Source: Candidatus Calditenuaceae archaeon
Lineage (GTDB): Archaea; Thermoproteota; Nitrososphaeria_A; Caldarchaeales; Calditenuaceae
Direction: 5' to 3'
Length of the DNA: 64,000 bases
Assembly: GCA_025059595.1 (NCBI GenBank)
Contig: JANXDI010000015.1
Location: 89,872-153,871 of the forward strand
Position numbers and translations under genes: made by a program
Notes under the pieces: model-generated
What the model was told of the DNA's origin: nothing
Databases searched by the model: none
What the model saw: the letters and a program-made list of their open reading frames with translations, nothing else
Shown here: positions 27,964 through 37,185 of the stretch, piece by piece
Layout: each line of letters opens with the position of its first letter
How positions within the stretch are numbered: position 1 is the stretch's first letter

Positions 27964-28389
27964 TTGGTCCGACAAGTCGACTTTAAGTCAGCACCCATTG
28001 ACCCGGATTTCATGAAAAATCTTCCGAAAACCGGCGACCATCACAACCACGCTGTTTGGGGGGAAGGTGTTGAGAGGCTTGACGGGGAGTCGAAGCCATA
28101 TCCCACCAAGCTCGGCATACATGGAACAGCCGTGGCCGTAGATTTCGACAGCTGCATCGCAGACGGAGCGTGTATGGATGTCTGCCCGGTCAACGTCTTT
28201 GAGTGGCTCCTCAACCCGGGCTATTCGGGGACAGGGAAGGACAGGATTATAGACCCGGTGAAGGATAAGGAGTTGTGGGAGAAATATAGGACAGACAAGT
28301 CCGACCCTATCAGGGAGTCTGACTGTATCTTCTGCATGGCATGCGAGTCTGCATGCCCTGTCCAAGCCATTAAAATAACTCCACCCTAA
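27964..28389 (+). CDS. Zinc-containing dicluster (3Fe-4S/4Fe-4S) ferredoxin, Sulfolobus type
   Basis: Near colinear with Sulfolobus Zn-ferredoxin: His-rich N-extension (GDHHNHAVWG...KLGIHGTAV), then CIADGACMDVCPVNVF and CIFCMACESACPVQAI. The true start is probably the internal ATG (MKNL, about 28012). Confidence 0.85.
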   Translation: MVRQVDFKSAPIDPDFMKNLPKTGDHHNHAVWGEGVERLDGESKPYPTKLGIHGTAVAVDFDSCIADGACMDVCPVNVFEWLLNPGYSGTGKDRIIDPVKDKELWEKYRTDKSDPIRESDCIFCMACESACPVQAIKITPP

Positions 28390-28448
28390 AACCATTCTTC
28401 CGTGATGGGAAGGAAGATGGTTTAAACCTGAAAAACATTTTGTGACTC

Positions 28449-28877
28449 CTAATCTCCTAACACTGTGACTATTATCCGTCTTTCCCTAGCGCGAGTGTCC
28501 AACTCTACTAGCACAACCTGCTGCCATGTCCCTGTCACGAGCTGTCTGCCTCTGACTGGGATGCATAGTGACGGGCCGATGATGGAGGCCCTGATGTGAG
28601 AGTGGCCGTTGTCGTCACCCCATCTTTCATGATGTTTGTAATAGGCGTTTTTAGGAGCTATTCTCTCCATCGCTGTGCGGAGGTCTTCTATGAGGCCGGG
28701 CTCATGTTCTATCGTGGTGAGAGCGGCTGTTGAGCCAACCACGTAAAGGTGGGCCACACCGTCTCTGATTTCAGACCTAGATATATGGCCCTCGACCTTG
28801 TCTGTGATGTCGATGACGTCATTCTCTCCGCGCGTTCTTACAACTATTTCTCCGGTATAGGTTGACATCTCAATCAT
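28449..28877 (-). CDS. YjbQ/UPF0047 family protein
   Basis: 142 aa with conserved TGTWQ and HxH-containing C-terminus typical of UPF0047. Confidence 0.75.
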   Translation of the reverse strand: MIEMSTYTGEIVVRTRGENDVIDITDKVEGHISRSEIRDGVAHLYVVGSTAALTTIEHEPGLIEDLRTAMERIAPKNAYYKHHERWGDDNGHSHIRASIIGPSLCIPVRGRQLVTGTWQQVVLVELDTRARERRIIVTVLGD

Positions 28878-28909
28878 CCTTCTATCTCAGAATCCTATAA
28901 TTTTTGCCT

Positions 28910-29854
28910 TCAGCCATACCTCTCCTTCAATTCTCCGCCCGGCAGATAGAGACGTTCCAGTTCGGCGTATCTACTCAGTCCGACAAATTCGTGGAGATTC
29001 TCGAAGGGTGTGGCCTCAAGCTCCGCCTCGAGCCTCCACTGAGCCTCCTCTTCCTCACACGCTAAGCTCTTCAGATATTTCCAAACAGAGAGTAGCTCGG
29101 CCTGCAGCGCCCCCATGCTAACCAGCACTATCCTATAGCCCTTAGCTGAGAGTTCTCTGAAGCGAAGCCTTCGAGAACTCTTTGACCACTTGAATGACGA
29201 GGAGTAGTTAAAAAGAAGGGGAACATCAGGATTCTTTTTCAAGACTTCATCAGCGAAAATGTCAGCAGCGGAGTCGTCGGGAGATCTGAACTCGGCCCAA
29301 ACCACATCTGCCCCGGCATCCGCGAAAGCTACTCCCCTCCTCACAGCCTCCTCCAGAGTCCCGCCTCCAGAGCCGAGCACATCTGTTCGTGCAATAATCA
29401 ACATGTCCTTGGCAACCTCATCACGGGCCCTAATTATCGACTTCAACTTCAACAAAGCCTCATCAAAGGGTAAAACAAGCTTCCCAGCCAAGTGGCCACA
29501 CCTTTTCGGAAACCTCTGGTCTTCTATGTGAATGGCTGCGACACCGGCCCTGCTGAACTCCTCCACGGTTCTCGTCGCTGTCACAGCGTTCCCATAGGCG
29601 TCGTCGGCGTCAGAAATGACCGGTGATTTGACGGCCCTCGCAACCAAGCCGGCGAAGAAGACCATGTCTGTGAGGTTGAGGAACCCTATGTCGGGCTTGA
29701 GCAGGTAGCCGATGGAGGCTGAGTAGCCGCTTAGATAGATGCATTTGAGCCCAGCCATCTCAGCGAGACGCGCTTGGACCGGCGAATATACACCTGCTGT
29801 GAAGATTAGTTGCTCGCTTTTGAGCATGTTTCTCAATATGCTTCCCGCAGACAT
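28910..29854 (-). CDS. Isocitrate lyase/PEP mutase superfamily enzyme (2-methylisocitrate lyase / carboxyvinyl-carboxyphosphonate phosphorylmutase-like)
   Basis: Motifs GVYSPVQARLAEMAG, ISDADDAYGN, AGVAAIHIEDQRFPKRCGHL (the K-R-C-G-H catalytic loop of the ICL/PEPM family). Confidence 0.75.
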   Translation of the reverse strand: MSAGSILRNMLKSEQLIFTAGVYSPVQARLAEMAGLKCIYLSGYSASIGYLLKPDIGFLNLTDMVFFAGLVARAVKSPVISDADDAYGNAVTATRTVEEFSRAGVAAIHIEDQRFPKRCGHLAGKLVLPFDEALLKLKSIIRARDEVAKDMLIIARTDVLGSGGGTLEEAVRRGVAFADAGADVVWAEFRSPDDSAADIFADEVLKKNPDVPLLFNYSSSFKWSKSSRRLRFRELSAKGYRIVLVSMGALQAELLSVWKYLKSLACEEEEAQWRLEAELEATPFENLHEFVGLSRYAELERLYLPGGELKERYG

Positions 29855-29936
29855 GCTGAATATGAATTGGAAGGGACGTTGAAAAGTCTTGTCATAAATA
29901 AATACGCGGTGATGTTAAGGGTTTTTACTTAGGGGT

Positions 29937-30251
29937 ATGGTCTTGAGGCTCGGTGGTTCCAACGTGGAGCTGAGTGAGTGTCAGATATTGATGGAGAGGA
30001 TTTATGGTGAACGTGATAGAGCCCGGGGCGCGGAGAGGACTCTCCTTTGGATGCTCTCCGAGGCGGGAGAGGTGGCTGACTCGTATATCAAGGACTCTGA
30101 GAGGCTCGGGCCTGAATTTGCGGACCTACTAGCTTGGATGCTCAGCACATGCAACGTTCTCGGCATAGACATCCAGAAGGAGTTTGTCTCGAGGTATGGG
30201 GCAGGCTGCCCCCGCTGCGGCCAAATTCCGTGCAAATGCCCAATACTCTAA
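29937..30251 (+). CDS. MazG-like nucleotide pyrophosphohydrolase domain protein with C-terminal Cys4 knuckle
   Basis: EAGEVAD-type MazG motif. C-terminus CPRCGQIPCKCP. Confidence 0.55.
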   Translation: MVLRLGGSNVELSECQILMERIYGERDRARGAERTLLWMLSEAGEVADSYIKDSERLGPEFADLLAWMLSTCNVLGIDIQKEFVSRYGAGCPRCGQIPCKCPIL

Positions 30252-30419
30252 TCTCTGCTCCGCCTCTTAACTATCTTAATTCTGCAGAGAAGATAATCGC
30301 CGTCCTTAATATCGAAGATCTTTCTAATCTCCTCCGGAATGGTGATACGACCCCCTGCCGTAACCTCTGCGAAGAAGGGAACGTCCTCTTCCTTTACCGT
30401 TACCTCACCCATCGCCATT
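30249..30419 (-). pseudogene. Frameshifted AbrB/SpoVT(MazE-like) swapped-hairpin mini-gene
   Basis: Frame A gives MAMGEVTVKEEDVPFFAEVT then a stop. Frame B continues GRITIPEEIRKIFDIKDGDYLLCRIKIVKRRSRD* with no start codon. Adding one G to the G5 run (plus-strand CCCCC at about 30351-30355) restores a 59 aa AbrB-family ORF. Confidence 0.45.
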
Positions 30420-30454
30420 TAACAGCTATTCTTTACTTTTTTAATTTTAGCTCC

Positions 30455-31426
30455 TCACTCTAGGGGCTGAGCCTCCCCGCCTATCCCTGAGACAAGAGTC
30501 TCGAACCCTCGGCTCCGAATCTCTTCCTCAACGGCCTCTACATGTTCAGGAAGCGTGTTAACGTAAACAGTGGGGCCGGTCTGCATCGAGAAGTAGGCGG
30601 GGATGCCCCTGCTCCTTAGTTTCTTAACGGTGTCTATCACCTTGAGACTCTCCGGTGTCATGAGTATTGACCCGTAAACACCTGTCATGGTTACCGCGTG
30701 AAGCTCGAGCGAGTCCCTCTCCACAAGCTCACCAAACTTCTTGAAGTCGCCATCATGTATAGCCTTCTCCAACTCGACGCATCTTCTATTCGCGGACTCT
30801 ATCCTTGCGGAGAGGAATGGTGAAGTCTCAGCCTCTCTGTGGGCTGTCTCCGTTGAGACATCCAGCCAGAGTGGCACTATGACATATTTTATTTCGAGGG
30901 CCGACCTGTCCCCTATTCGGATGGCGTAGCTGTCCTCGTCTGACGTTCCTGCCAGCCATTTGGCGTATTCTCCCACGACGGACCTACATGCTGAGCCGGC
31001 CAGAAGCCTAGCTATCCGTGAGAGGAGGCGCTTGTCCCATCCATAAAATTTGTCGAGGGCGGCGGCTTTGTAAGCGGCCGCTGCGATTGCGGCACCCGCA
31101 GAGGCGGAGAAGCCCATGCCCTTGGCCCGAATATTGGGGTGGTTCTCGGTCATTACTATGCATCTCTCTTCGACACCGGCAAGTGCTCTCACCCTGTCAA
31201 TCACCGCCAAGACCCTGTCCCTCGGACGGCCCTTTAGCTCAACTCCACCCGCCATAACCACATCACTCTCACGCGAGGTAAACTCGACCCGCGCGACTGT
31301 AAACGCCACGTCGGTGTTGACCGAGATGCTGTCGTGGAATGGGATTCTCAACTCCCAGTCTCTGAGCCCATGATACTTGACGAGTGCCTGCATCGTGTAG
31401 GCCTTCGCGACAGCCCTGCCCGCCAC
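30455..31426 (-). CDS. mvaD: Diphosphomevalonate decarboxylase (GHMP kinase family)
   Basis: KYHGLRD (compare KYWGKRD), HDSISV, GFSASAGAAIAAAA, GSACRS and TGPT motifs are colinear with MVD. Confidence 0.8.
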   Translation of the reverse strand: MAGRAVAKAYTMQALVKYHGLRDWELRIPFHDSISVNTDVAFTVARVEFTSRESDVVMAGGVELKGRPRDRVLAVIDRVRALAGVEERCIVMTENHPNIRAKGMGFSASAGAAIAAAAYKAAALDKFYGWDKRLLSRIARLLAGSACRSVVGEYAKWLAGTSDEDSYAIRIGDRSALEIKYVIVPLWLDVSTETAHREAETSPFLSARIESANRRCVELEKAIHDGDFKKFGELVERDSLELHAVTMTGVYGSILMTPESLKVIDTVKKLRSRGIPAYFSMQTGPTVYVNTLPEHVEAVEEEIRSRGFETLVSGIGGEAQPLE

Positions 31427-31501
31427 GTACTAAGGAATGTCAACCTCCTCTATTCATAGTCTCCTCTATCAGAGGGAAGGACTTTTAACACGCGCGTTGA
31501 G

Positions 31502-31909
31502 ATGATGCTTCGAGTCGGTTTGAGGAGGATGAAGGACCCCGCCGTGAAGTATTTCTACGCGGGGGTGAAGGATTCGGAACGGGCTGCATTCGAGGCGGGT
31601 ATAGCGCTTGCCACGGCATACCACTATCTCCTCGGTCTGCCTCTGCCGAGGAACAGAGCGTCTGCCCGAAGACTATTAGATGACCTGAGTAAGGGGCTGG
31701 CCGCGCAGCCGTTCAGGGAGAGGGTTGAGGTCAGGATTAAGGGGTTGCAGACGGGTAGGACAGCATATAGTTACGGTAGAGTGAATTCGAGGAACCTTGA
31801 TGTCCGCGTGGTCGTCAGGTATGGGCGGAGTAGGGTTCAGGCTAGGCTAAGCTGGGTAAGGGAGCTTAACTATCCTCTCATGAGAATCGAGAAGGTCGCT
31901 ACAGAGTAG
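31502..31909 (+). CDS. Small conserved archaeal protein, possibly MptD-type dihydroneopterin aldolase (DUF381-like)
   Basis: 135 aa. FEAGIALATAYHYLLG resembles the archaeal DHNA family. Assignment is tentative. Confidence 0.3.
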   Translation: MMLRVGLRRMKDPAVKYFYAGVKDSERAAFEAGIALATAYHYLLGLPLPRNRASARRLLDDLSKGLAAQPFRERVEVRIKGLQTGRTAYSYGRVNSRNLDVRVVVRYGRSRVQARLSWVRELNYPLMRIEKVATE

Positions 31910-32141
31910 TTATCAAACCATCAACTGTTAGTGGCTGCAAAAGAGGTCTGAGCGCCCCGTTACCCTAGAGTAGCAGCCGTCGCAGAGAACCTCGCCGCGA
32001 TATATGTTTAGACGGCTGAGGGCTTTTCCACACCGCGAGCAGGTCTTCAAGGAGGTCAAGAACGCATCTATTTGATTATAGGGAAACTGAGATATAAGCT
32101 ACACACTACCACGCTCAAAATCAGAAGCCCTACCAGCCCGT

Positions 32142-33062
32142 CTACATGCTTCCCCTGACCATCTGCAAAAAACAATATCGGGGGAACTCCCTTAACAGCC
32201 TCTTGTAGTTCGCATCGACAGGCATCACTTCCGATAAGTTATCCACTTCGCGGAGAGAGTCCTTCAGCACCTCGTGTATGTATCCCTGAAAGCCCTTAAG
32301 GGCTCTCCAAACTTTTACGAGCTCGCGAAGCTTCCCTGCCTTGAGCGCGAAATACCCCTGCCTCACAAGCTCCTCAACTCTACCCAAGCCACGCACGAGC
32401 CTGAGAATCCCGCCACCCGATAGCATCTCTCCATAATCATCCCCCACCTGATAGATGACGCCTACGGCGCGGCCATAGCTCTTTGCTAGGGCGCGGACCT
32501 CGTCGGGAACCTCTGCGAGAATTGCCGCAGACTCTGCGGCTGCTGCGAAGAGGGAGGCGGTCTTGTTCTCGATGATTCTTAGGTAGAGGAGCTGCGAGGG
32601 TGGCGTTGTTGACAGTATTTCCTCTAGGACTCCGAGGGAAGCCTTATCCCATGCCTCGAGGAAGATGCGAGAGATTTCAATGCCCTTTTCAAGGACTGTC
32701 TTGAAAGCGAGGTTGATTATCCTGTGGCCCTCGACTACGGCCCGGCTTATGCCTACCTGCCTCCAGAGGGCCGGCTTCCCCCTCCTCAAATCATCCCAGT
32801 CGATAATGTCGTCGTGAACTAGGCTCGCAGCGTGGGCGAGCTCCAGAGCGAAAGCCACTTCAAGCGCAGACTCCCTATCTCTACCCCCTAAGGCCTCGAA
32901 GACCAGAAGGAGGAAGATCGGTCTGAGACGCTTTCCGCCATGAATCGCCCTCTCCAGAACCTGCCTATCAGGTAAACCTGCTAGACGCCTCTCAATCCAG
33001 GACTCAAGCTCTTTACGCTGCGCGTCGATGTAAAGGGCGGCATCCGCGTAAGATGACAACAA
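32142..33062 (-). CDS. Polyprenyl diphosphate synthase (GGPP synthase-like)
   Basis: First Asp-rich motif LVHDDIIDWDD. Second Asp-rich region YQVGDDYGE. 306 aa. Confidence 0.8.
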   Translation of the reverse strand: MLSSYADAALYIDAQRKELESWIERRLAGLPDRQVLERAIHGGKRLRPIFLLLVFEALGGRDRESALEVAFALELAHAASLVHDDIIDWDDLRRGKPALWRQVGISRAVVEGHRIINLAFKTVLEKGIEISRIFLEAWDKASLGVLEEILSTTPPSQLLYLRIIENKTASLFAAAAESAAILAEVPDEVRALAKSYGRAVGVIYQVGDDYGEMLSGGGILRLVRGLGRVEELVRQGYFALKAGKLRELVKVWRALKGFQGYIHEVLKDSLREVDNLSEVMPVDANYKRLLREFPRYCFLQMVRGSM

Positions 33063-33137
33063 GCTGGATACGCCTTATCAGCCAATAGAGCTTCGCCTCC
33101 AGTTATAAAGATAGTGCCTTACCACAAACCATTAGAG

Positions 33138-33578
33138 TTACGCGTATCTCAGGATTAGTGTCTTGAATCTCTGCTTCGGCATCGCACCCACGACGGCGTC
33201 GACTGGCTTCCCATCCTTAAATATGATGAAGGTTGGGATGCTCATAATGCCAAACCTCGCCGCCGTCCCCGGGTTGTAGTCCACGTTAATCTTTCCGAAG
33301 GCGACCTTTCCGGCCATCTCGGATGCCAGCTCCTTAATCACCGGAGACATGAATCTGCAAGGCGCGCACCACTCAGCCCAAAAATCAACCACGACCAGCG
33401 GATATTTGTTGATGAACTGGTCAAAATCTGAGTCGCTCAGCTCAACCGGCTGGCTCGGATAATTCACTACATTACGGGACCCAGAAATATTTCCACCGCT
33501 CTGTGTGAGGAGTTCCTTTAACTTTCGCGCCTTTATCCGCTCAAGTTCAGAGTCGTCTATCCCCACAAGTCGTATCAT
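33138..33578 (-). CDS. trx: Thioredoxin
   Basis: FWAEWCAPCR active site (CxxC) and thioredoxin fold length, with an N-terminal extension. Confidence 0.85.
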   Translation of the reverse strand: MIRLVGIDDSELERIKARKLKELLTQSGGNISGSRNVVNYPSQPVELSDSDFDQFINKYPLVVVDFWAEWCAPCRFMSPVIKELASEMAGKVAFGKINVDYNPGTAARFGIMSIPTFIIFKDGKPVDAVVGAMPKQRFKTLILRYA

Positions 33579-33689
33579 CTGACGACGTCTTATTTAAAGC
33601 CGATTCCACATCAACACTCGATTATTGGCGAAATCTTTCCATGATTTTGGAAGAATAATACATGGATAAGTATTGGTGTTGTCAATTAG

Positions 33690-34613
33690 TTGGTTGTGAG
33701 GATAGTCTCGCTCGTGCCTAGCGCCACCGAGATTCTCTTCCAACTGGGAGCGGGCGACGACGTCGTGGGGGTGACCTATGCCTGCGATTATCCTGCCGAG
33801 GCACAGACCAAACAAGTAGTCGTTCTTCCGACAGTAAAGACGAAGGGTCTGTCATCCCGTGAGATTGATAAGATAATTTCAGAGACCTACGCACGAGGCG
33901 AGCCCCTTTACACAATCGACACCCGCCTCCTTTCCGAGCTAAGACCTGACGTGATAATTGCTCAGGGACTCTGCGAGGTCTGTGCAGCCGCCCCCGGGAG
34001 CGTCGAGGAGGTTGTGAAGACTGTTAACCCGGCCCCGAAGGTCTTAACGCTCCATCCACACTCAATCAAGGACGTGCTCAACGACGTCTTAAGGGTCGGC
34101 ATGGTCGTGGGAAGGGTTGGGGAGGCCCTAGAGCTGATGGAGAGGCTTCAGGCCGAGATTAGATTCGTTTCAGAGCGGGCAAGAGGTTTGCCGAGGAAGA
34201 AGACATTCTTCATGGAGTGGGTGGACCCCCCATACTGTTCTGGGCACTGGGTTCCCGAAATGATTGAGGTTGCAGGCGGGTCGGATTTCGGAGTTAAGGG
34301 AAAACCCAGTAGGAGAGTAGCACCGGAGGAAATCCTCAGGTTCGAGCCTGAGGCGATAATATGCGGCCCATGCGGCTACAGTCTCCCCGAATCTCTCCAA
34401 GATGCGAAAATTCTCTCCGATACCGCTTGGGTAAGAGAGACGCCAGCGTTCTCTGCAGGCGAGGTCTACGCTGTTGACGCCAAGCTCTATTTCAGCAGGC
34501 ATGGGCCAAGCATGATAAAGGGGATATTGGTGGCCGCAGAGATTCTCCATCCGCGAGGGTTTAGAGGCGTGGCCCCGCCTGCCAGCTATGCGAGGGTAGA
34601 AGGAATCGGTTAA
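33690..34613 (+). CDS. Class III periplasmic-binding-protein fold protein (BtuF/FecB/helical-backbone metal or cobalamin receptor-like)
   Basis: IVSLVPSATEILFQLGAGDDVVGVTYACDYP is typical of the BtuF/TroA-like PBP start. No signal peptide visible. Confidence 0.6.
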   Translation: MVVRIVSLVPSATEILFQLGAGDDVVGVTYACDYPAEAQTKQVVVLPTVKTKGLSSREIDKIISETYARGEPLYTIDTRLLSELRPDVIIAQGLCEVCAAAPGSVEEVVKTVNPAPKVLTLHPHSIKDVLNDVLRVGMVVGRVGEALELMERLQAEIRFVSERARGLPRKKTFFMEWVDPPYCSGHWVPEMIEVAGGSDFGVKGKPSRRVAPEEILRFEPEAIICGPCGYSLPESLQDAKILSDTAWVRETPAFSAGEVYAVDAKLYFSRHGPSMIKGILVAAEILHPRGFRGVAPPASYARVEGIG

Positions 34614-34643
34614 ATCTCGACAAGCCCCTCACTTCATGCAGAG

Positions 34644-35204
34644 TTGAGGCTGAGACCCACGACTCTCATAATCGCGGCTGAGACGTCCTCCCCTAACCCT
34701 GACACTGGCCGACTCGTATGCCTCGGCTACACTCAGCTAAGCCGAGAAAGGGGGCCGGTAAAAATCATATTGGGAGGCGATAATGAAAAGACCACAATCC
34801 AAAAAGTGAGAGAACTCATGAATGAATGCCACGTATACATAACATGGGGAGGCGTCAGAAGCCTAGTCCCTTTTCTCACGGCCAAGATGCTGATACACGG
34901 TATAGACCCATCGCCGCTATACTCGTCGAAACACATCGACCTAGCGGACCTAGTGTCAAGCCACCTAAACTTGAGCGGCAGTAGCCTCTACGATGCTTGT
35001 AAAATATTCCGGGTTCCCGTTGCGCCCCTCTTAAGAGGGGCTGGGCCTCAGAGAGCCCGAGTGGAGGTCTCTAATAATTCTCGCCGCAAAGGGAGTGGAG
35101 GGGCTGCTAAGTGTAGGGCTGAGGTGGTTGCTCTTGAGGGCTTGACTCGGAGGCTTCTGCCTCTAATCTCGACTGTTTACAGAGACCTGCCTACTCTACT
35201 TTGA
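34644..35204 (+). CDS. Hypothetical protein (possible RNase H-like/exonuclease-like fold)
   Basis: 186 aa, no clear catalytic motif. Weak resemblance to an exonuclease motif I region (LIIAAETS). Confidence 0.25.
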   Translation: MRLRPTTLIIAAETSSPNPDTGRLVCLGYTQLSRERGPVKIILGGDNEKTTIQKVRELMNECHVYITWGGVRSLVPFLTAKMLIHGIDPSPLYSSKHIDLADLVSSHLNLSGSSLYDACKIFRVPVAPLLRGAGPQRARVEVSNNSRRKGSGGAAKCRAEVVALEGLTRRLLPLISTVYRDLPTLL

Positions 35205-35349
35205 TGCCGTGAGACTCTAAGGCCTTCCTTATTTTCCTAACCTCCTCCTTCAGCATGATTACTTCGCGGACGAGGCGCTCTATGTCGGAGGGCATGATTG
35301 GGCTCGGGCCCTGAAGCTCCCTGAAACCCATTTCATCTCTCCTAATCAT
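35197..35349 (-). CDS. Small coiled-coil protein (50 aa), hypothetical
   Basis: Hand translation: MIRRDEMGFRELQGPSPIMPSDIERLVREVIMLKEEVRKIRKALESHGIKVE*. Lies 30 nt downstream of hflX on the same strand. Too short for the ORF track. Confidence 0.3.
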
Positions 35350-35378
35350 CTAAAATGGTGTTACTTTAGGCACGTATA

Positions 35379-36581
35379 TTAAGCCTCACTCAGCTGGAAG
35401 CTCCCTCCATTACCACTCAACGCCCTGACTCTCTCAGCAAGCTGCGCAGGAGTAGTCGCCGTAACCTCAACGAAGCCGTCCCTGAAGACTATAGACTCGA
35501 CTCTTCCCCTCTCTCGGAGCTGCTTCAAGAGAGTCTGGCTAACGCCCTCGAGAGGAATTCGCGCGGTGAAGGTGACGAATCCGGAGAGTAGGGAGTCCAC
35601 AATTCTCTCGAGGCCCCCCATGTTTTCTCCAGTCTTCGCGGAGATAACGACAGCGGGAAAAACGCCTCCCGCCAGTCTGAGCAGTTTATCTCTTTTCTCG
35701 GGAAGAACTAAGTCTGCCTTGTTAAATACTATGACAATCGGCTTATTCACTACGCCTATCTGCCGCAAAGTGGAGAGAGCGACGTTCAACCTTGACTGGG
35801 CTTCCGGAAGTGGAAGAGAGCCGTCGACCATTAGCAACACTATATCTGACTCGACAACCTCCATAAGAGTCGACATGAAGGCCGAAACTAGCATGGCCGG
35901 GACATTCTTTATGAAGCCCACCGTGTCTGAGACGTAAACCGGCTTCCCTAGGATTCTGGTGAGGCGCCTCTTGGTTGAGAGGGTCGTGAAGAGCTTATCA
36001 GATATCTCTGCCGGAAAGCCGGTCAGCCTCTTGAACAGGGTGGATTTTCCCGAGTTGGTGTAGCCTGCCAGCGCTATTGAGGGGACACCGTCCAGCTTAG
36101 TTCGACTAATCATTAAAGCCTTCTTCCTCTTTATCACATCAAGCTTCTCCTGAATCTTCTGAATGCGTCTACTAATCTCCTCATAATAGACGTCAGCCTC
36201 GTAAGCGCCAAGACCATGAAAGCCGGGCTGCTCACCTCTCTTCGCAAGCCTAACCTTCTCCTTTGCTCTGGGGAGCTCATACTTCATCTCAGCCAGCTTA
36301 ATCTGCAGCTTAGCCTCCAAGCTCGAGGCGTGAAGGGTAAATATTTCGAGTATGAGGCGAATCCTGTCGATAACCTCCACACCGAGAGCCTTAGCCAAAT
36401 TATACTCCTGCACCGGCTTCAGCTCGTTCTCAAAGACAACCTTCTCTATTCCAAGCCTCTTCACGGCGTCTTTGAGCTCCCTCAACTTGCTGGGCCCGAT
36501 GTTATACTGGCTGTGGGGGTGTCGCTGCTGGGCGAGCTCATAGACAACATCGTATCCGGCAGTCTCGCAGAGCTCGGCCAA
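35379..36581 (-). CDS. hflX: GTPase HflX
   Basis: HflX N-domain, then G1 GYTNSGKST, G3 DTVGF, G4 NKADL. Confidence 0.9.
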   Translation of the reverse strand: MAELCETAGYDVVYELAQQRHPHSQYNIGPSKLRELKDAVKRLGIEKVVFENELKPVQEYNLAKALGVEVIDRIRLILEIFTLHASSLEAKLQIKLAEMKYELPRAKEKVRLAKRGEQPGFHGLGAYEADVYYEEISRRIQKIQEKLDVIKRKKALMISRTKLDGVPSIALAGYTNSGKSTLFKRLTGFPAEISDKLFTTLSTKRRLTRILGKPVYVSDTVGFIKNVPAMLVSAFMSTLMEVVESDIVLLMVDGSLPLPEAQSRLNVALSTLRQIGVVNKPIVIVFNKADLVLPEKRDKLLRLAGGVFPAVVISAKTGENMGGLERIVDSLLSGFVTFTARIPLEGVSQTLLKQLRERGRVESIVFRDGFVEVTATTPAQLAERVRALSGNGGSFQLSEA

Positions 36582-36756
36582 CTCTTCTAAGTTGGGCTCC
36601 TCACCGGGTAGATACCTATGGACTATCGCGACCTTTACATTGACGCTCGCCGAGACACACCACCCGTCCCAGCCGCTAGAGAAAGATACGCGACAGAGTA
36701 TTTAACTTGTAACAGTTCAGGCTCGGAAATTAAGGTGAGTCGAGCCTAAGAGACGT

Positions 36757-37128
36757 TTACTTCTCCTTCTCCCCACTCTTCGAGGAGAGAAGGTCGCCGA
36801 GCGTGACTCCTCGAGTAGCTGTTTTAGGAGGAGTGACGTAGATATCCTCATCCTTCAGCTCCCTAATGATTCGTATCTTAAGCACCTTCTCCAAATTTCT
36901 GGCAAGGTTTAGGGGAGGTCTGAAGGAGCCGGCCTCTATCTTTTTTATCACCGAGACTTTTTCTTGGACGAGGCTTGCAAGCTCTTCTTGAGTCAGTCCA
37001 AGCTTTTCGCGGGCTGAGCGTATGATTTCGCCGAAACCGTCGACGAAATCCAGCCTCTCCACCGCCTCGAATATGTCCCCGCCGCGCCCTCTTGATGCCG
37101 CGCGCTGAGCTGTCTTGCGGCGCTCCAC
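36757..37128 (-). CDS. HTH XRE-family DNA-binding protein (MBF1-like C-terminal domain)
   Basis: LGLTQEELASLVQEKVSVIKKIEAG helix-turn-helix. Confidence 0.55.
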   Translation of the reverse strand: MERRKTAQRAASRGRGGDIFEAVERLDFVDGFGEIIRSAREKLGLTQEELASLVQEKVSVIKKIEAGSFRPPLNLARNLEKVLKIRIIRELKDEDIYVTPPKTATRGVTLGDLLSSKSGEKEK

Positions 37129-37185
37129 AACTTCTCTTCGTAGTTGATAGGATATAAACTTCTCTAACGGAGGAAGGGTTTGAAA

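Noticed and set aside
31921-32080. Minus-strand zinc-ribbon-like peptide (…KTCSRCGKAL…CDGCYSRV…FCSH*)
   Set aside because: There is no in-frame ATG or GTG. Only TTG candidates exist, and there is no obvious promoter. It is probably a chance ORF in the intergenic region.
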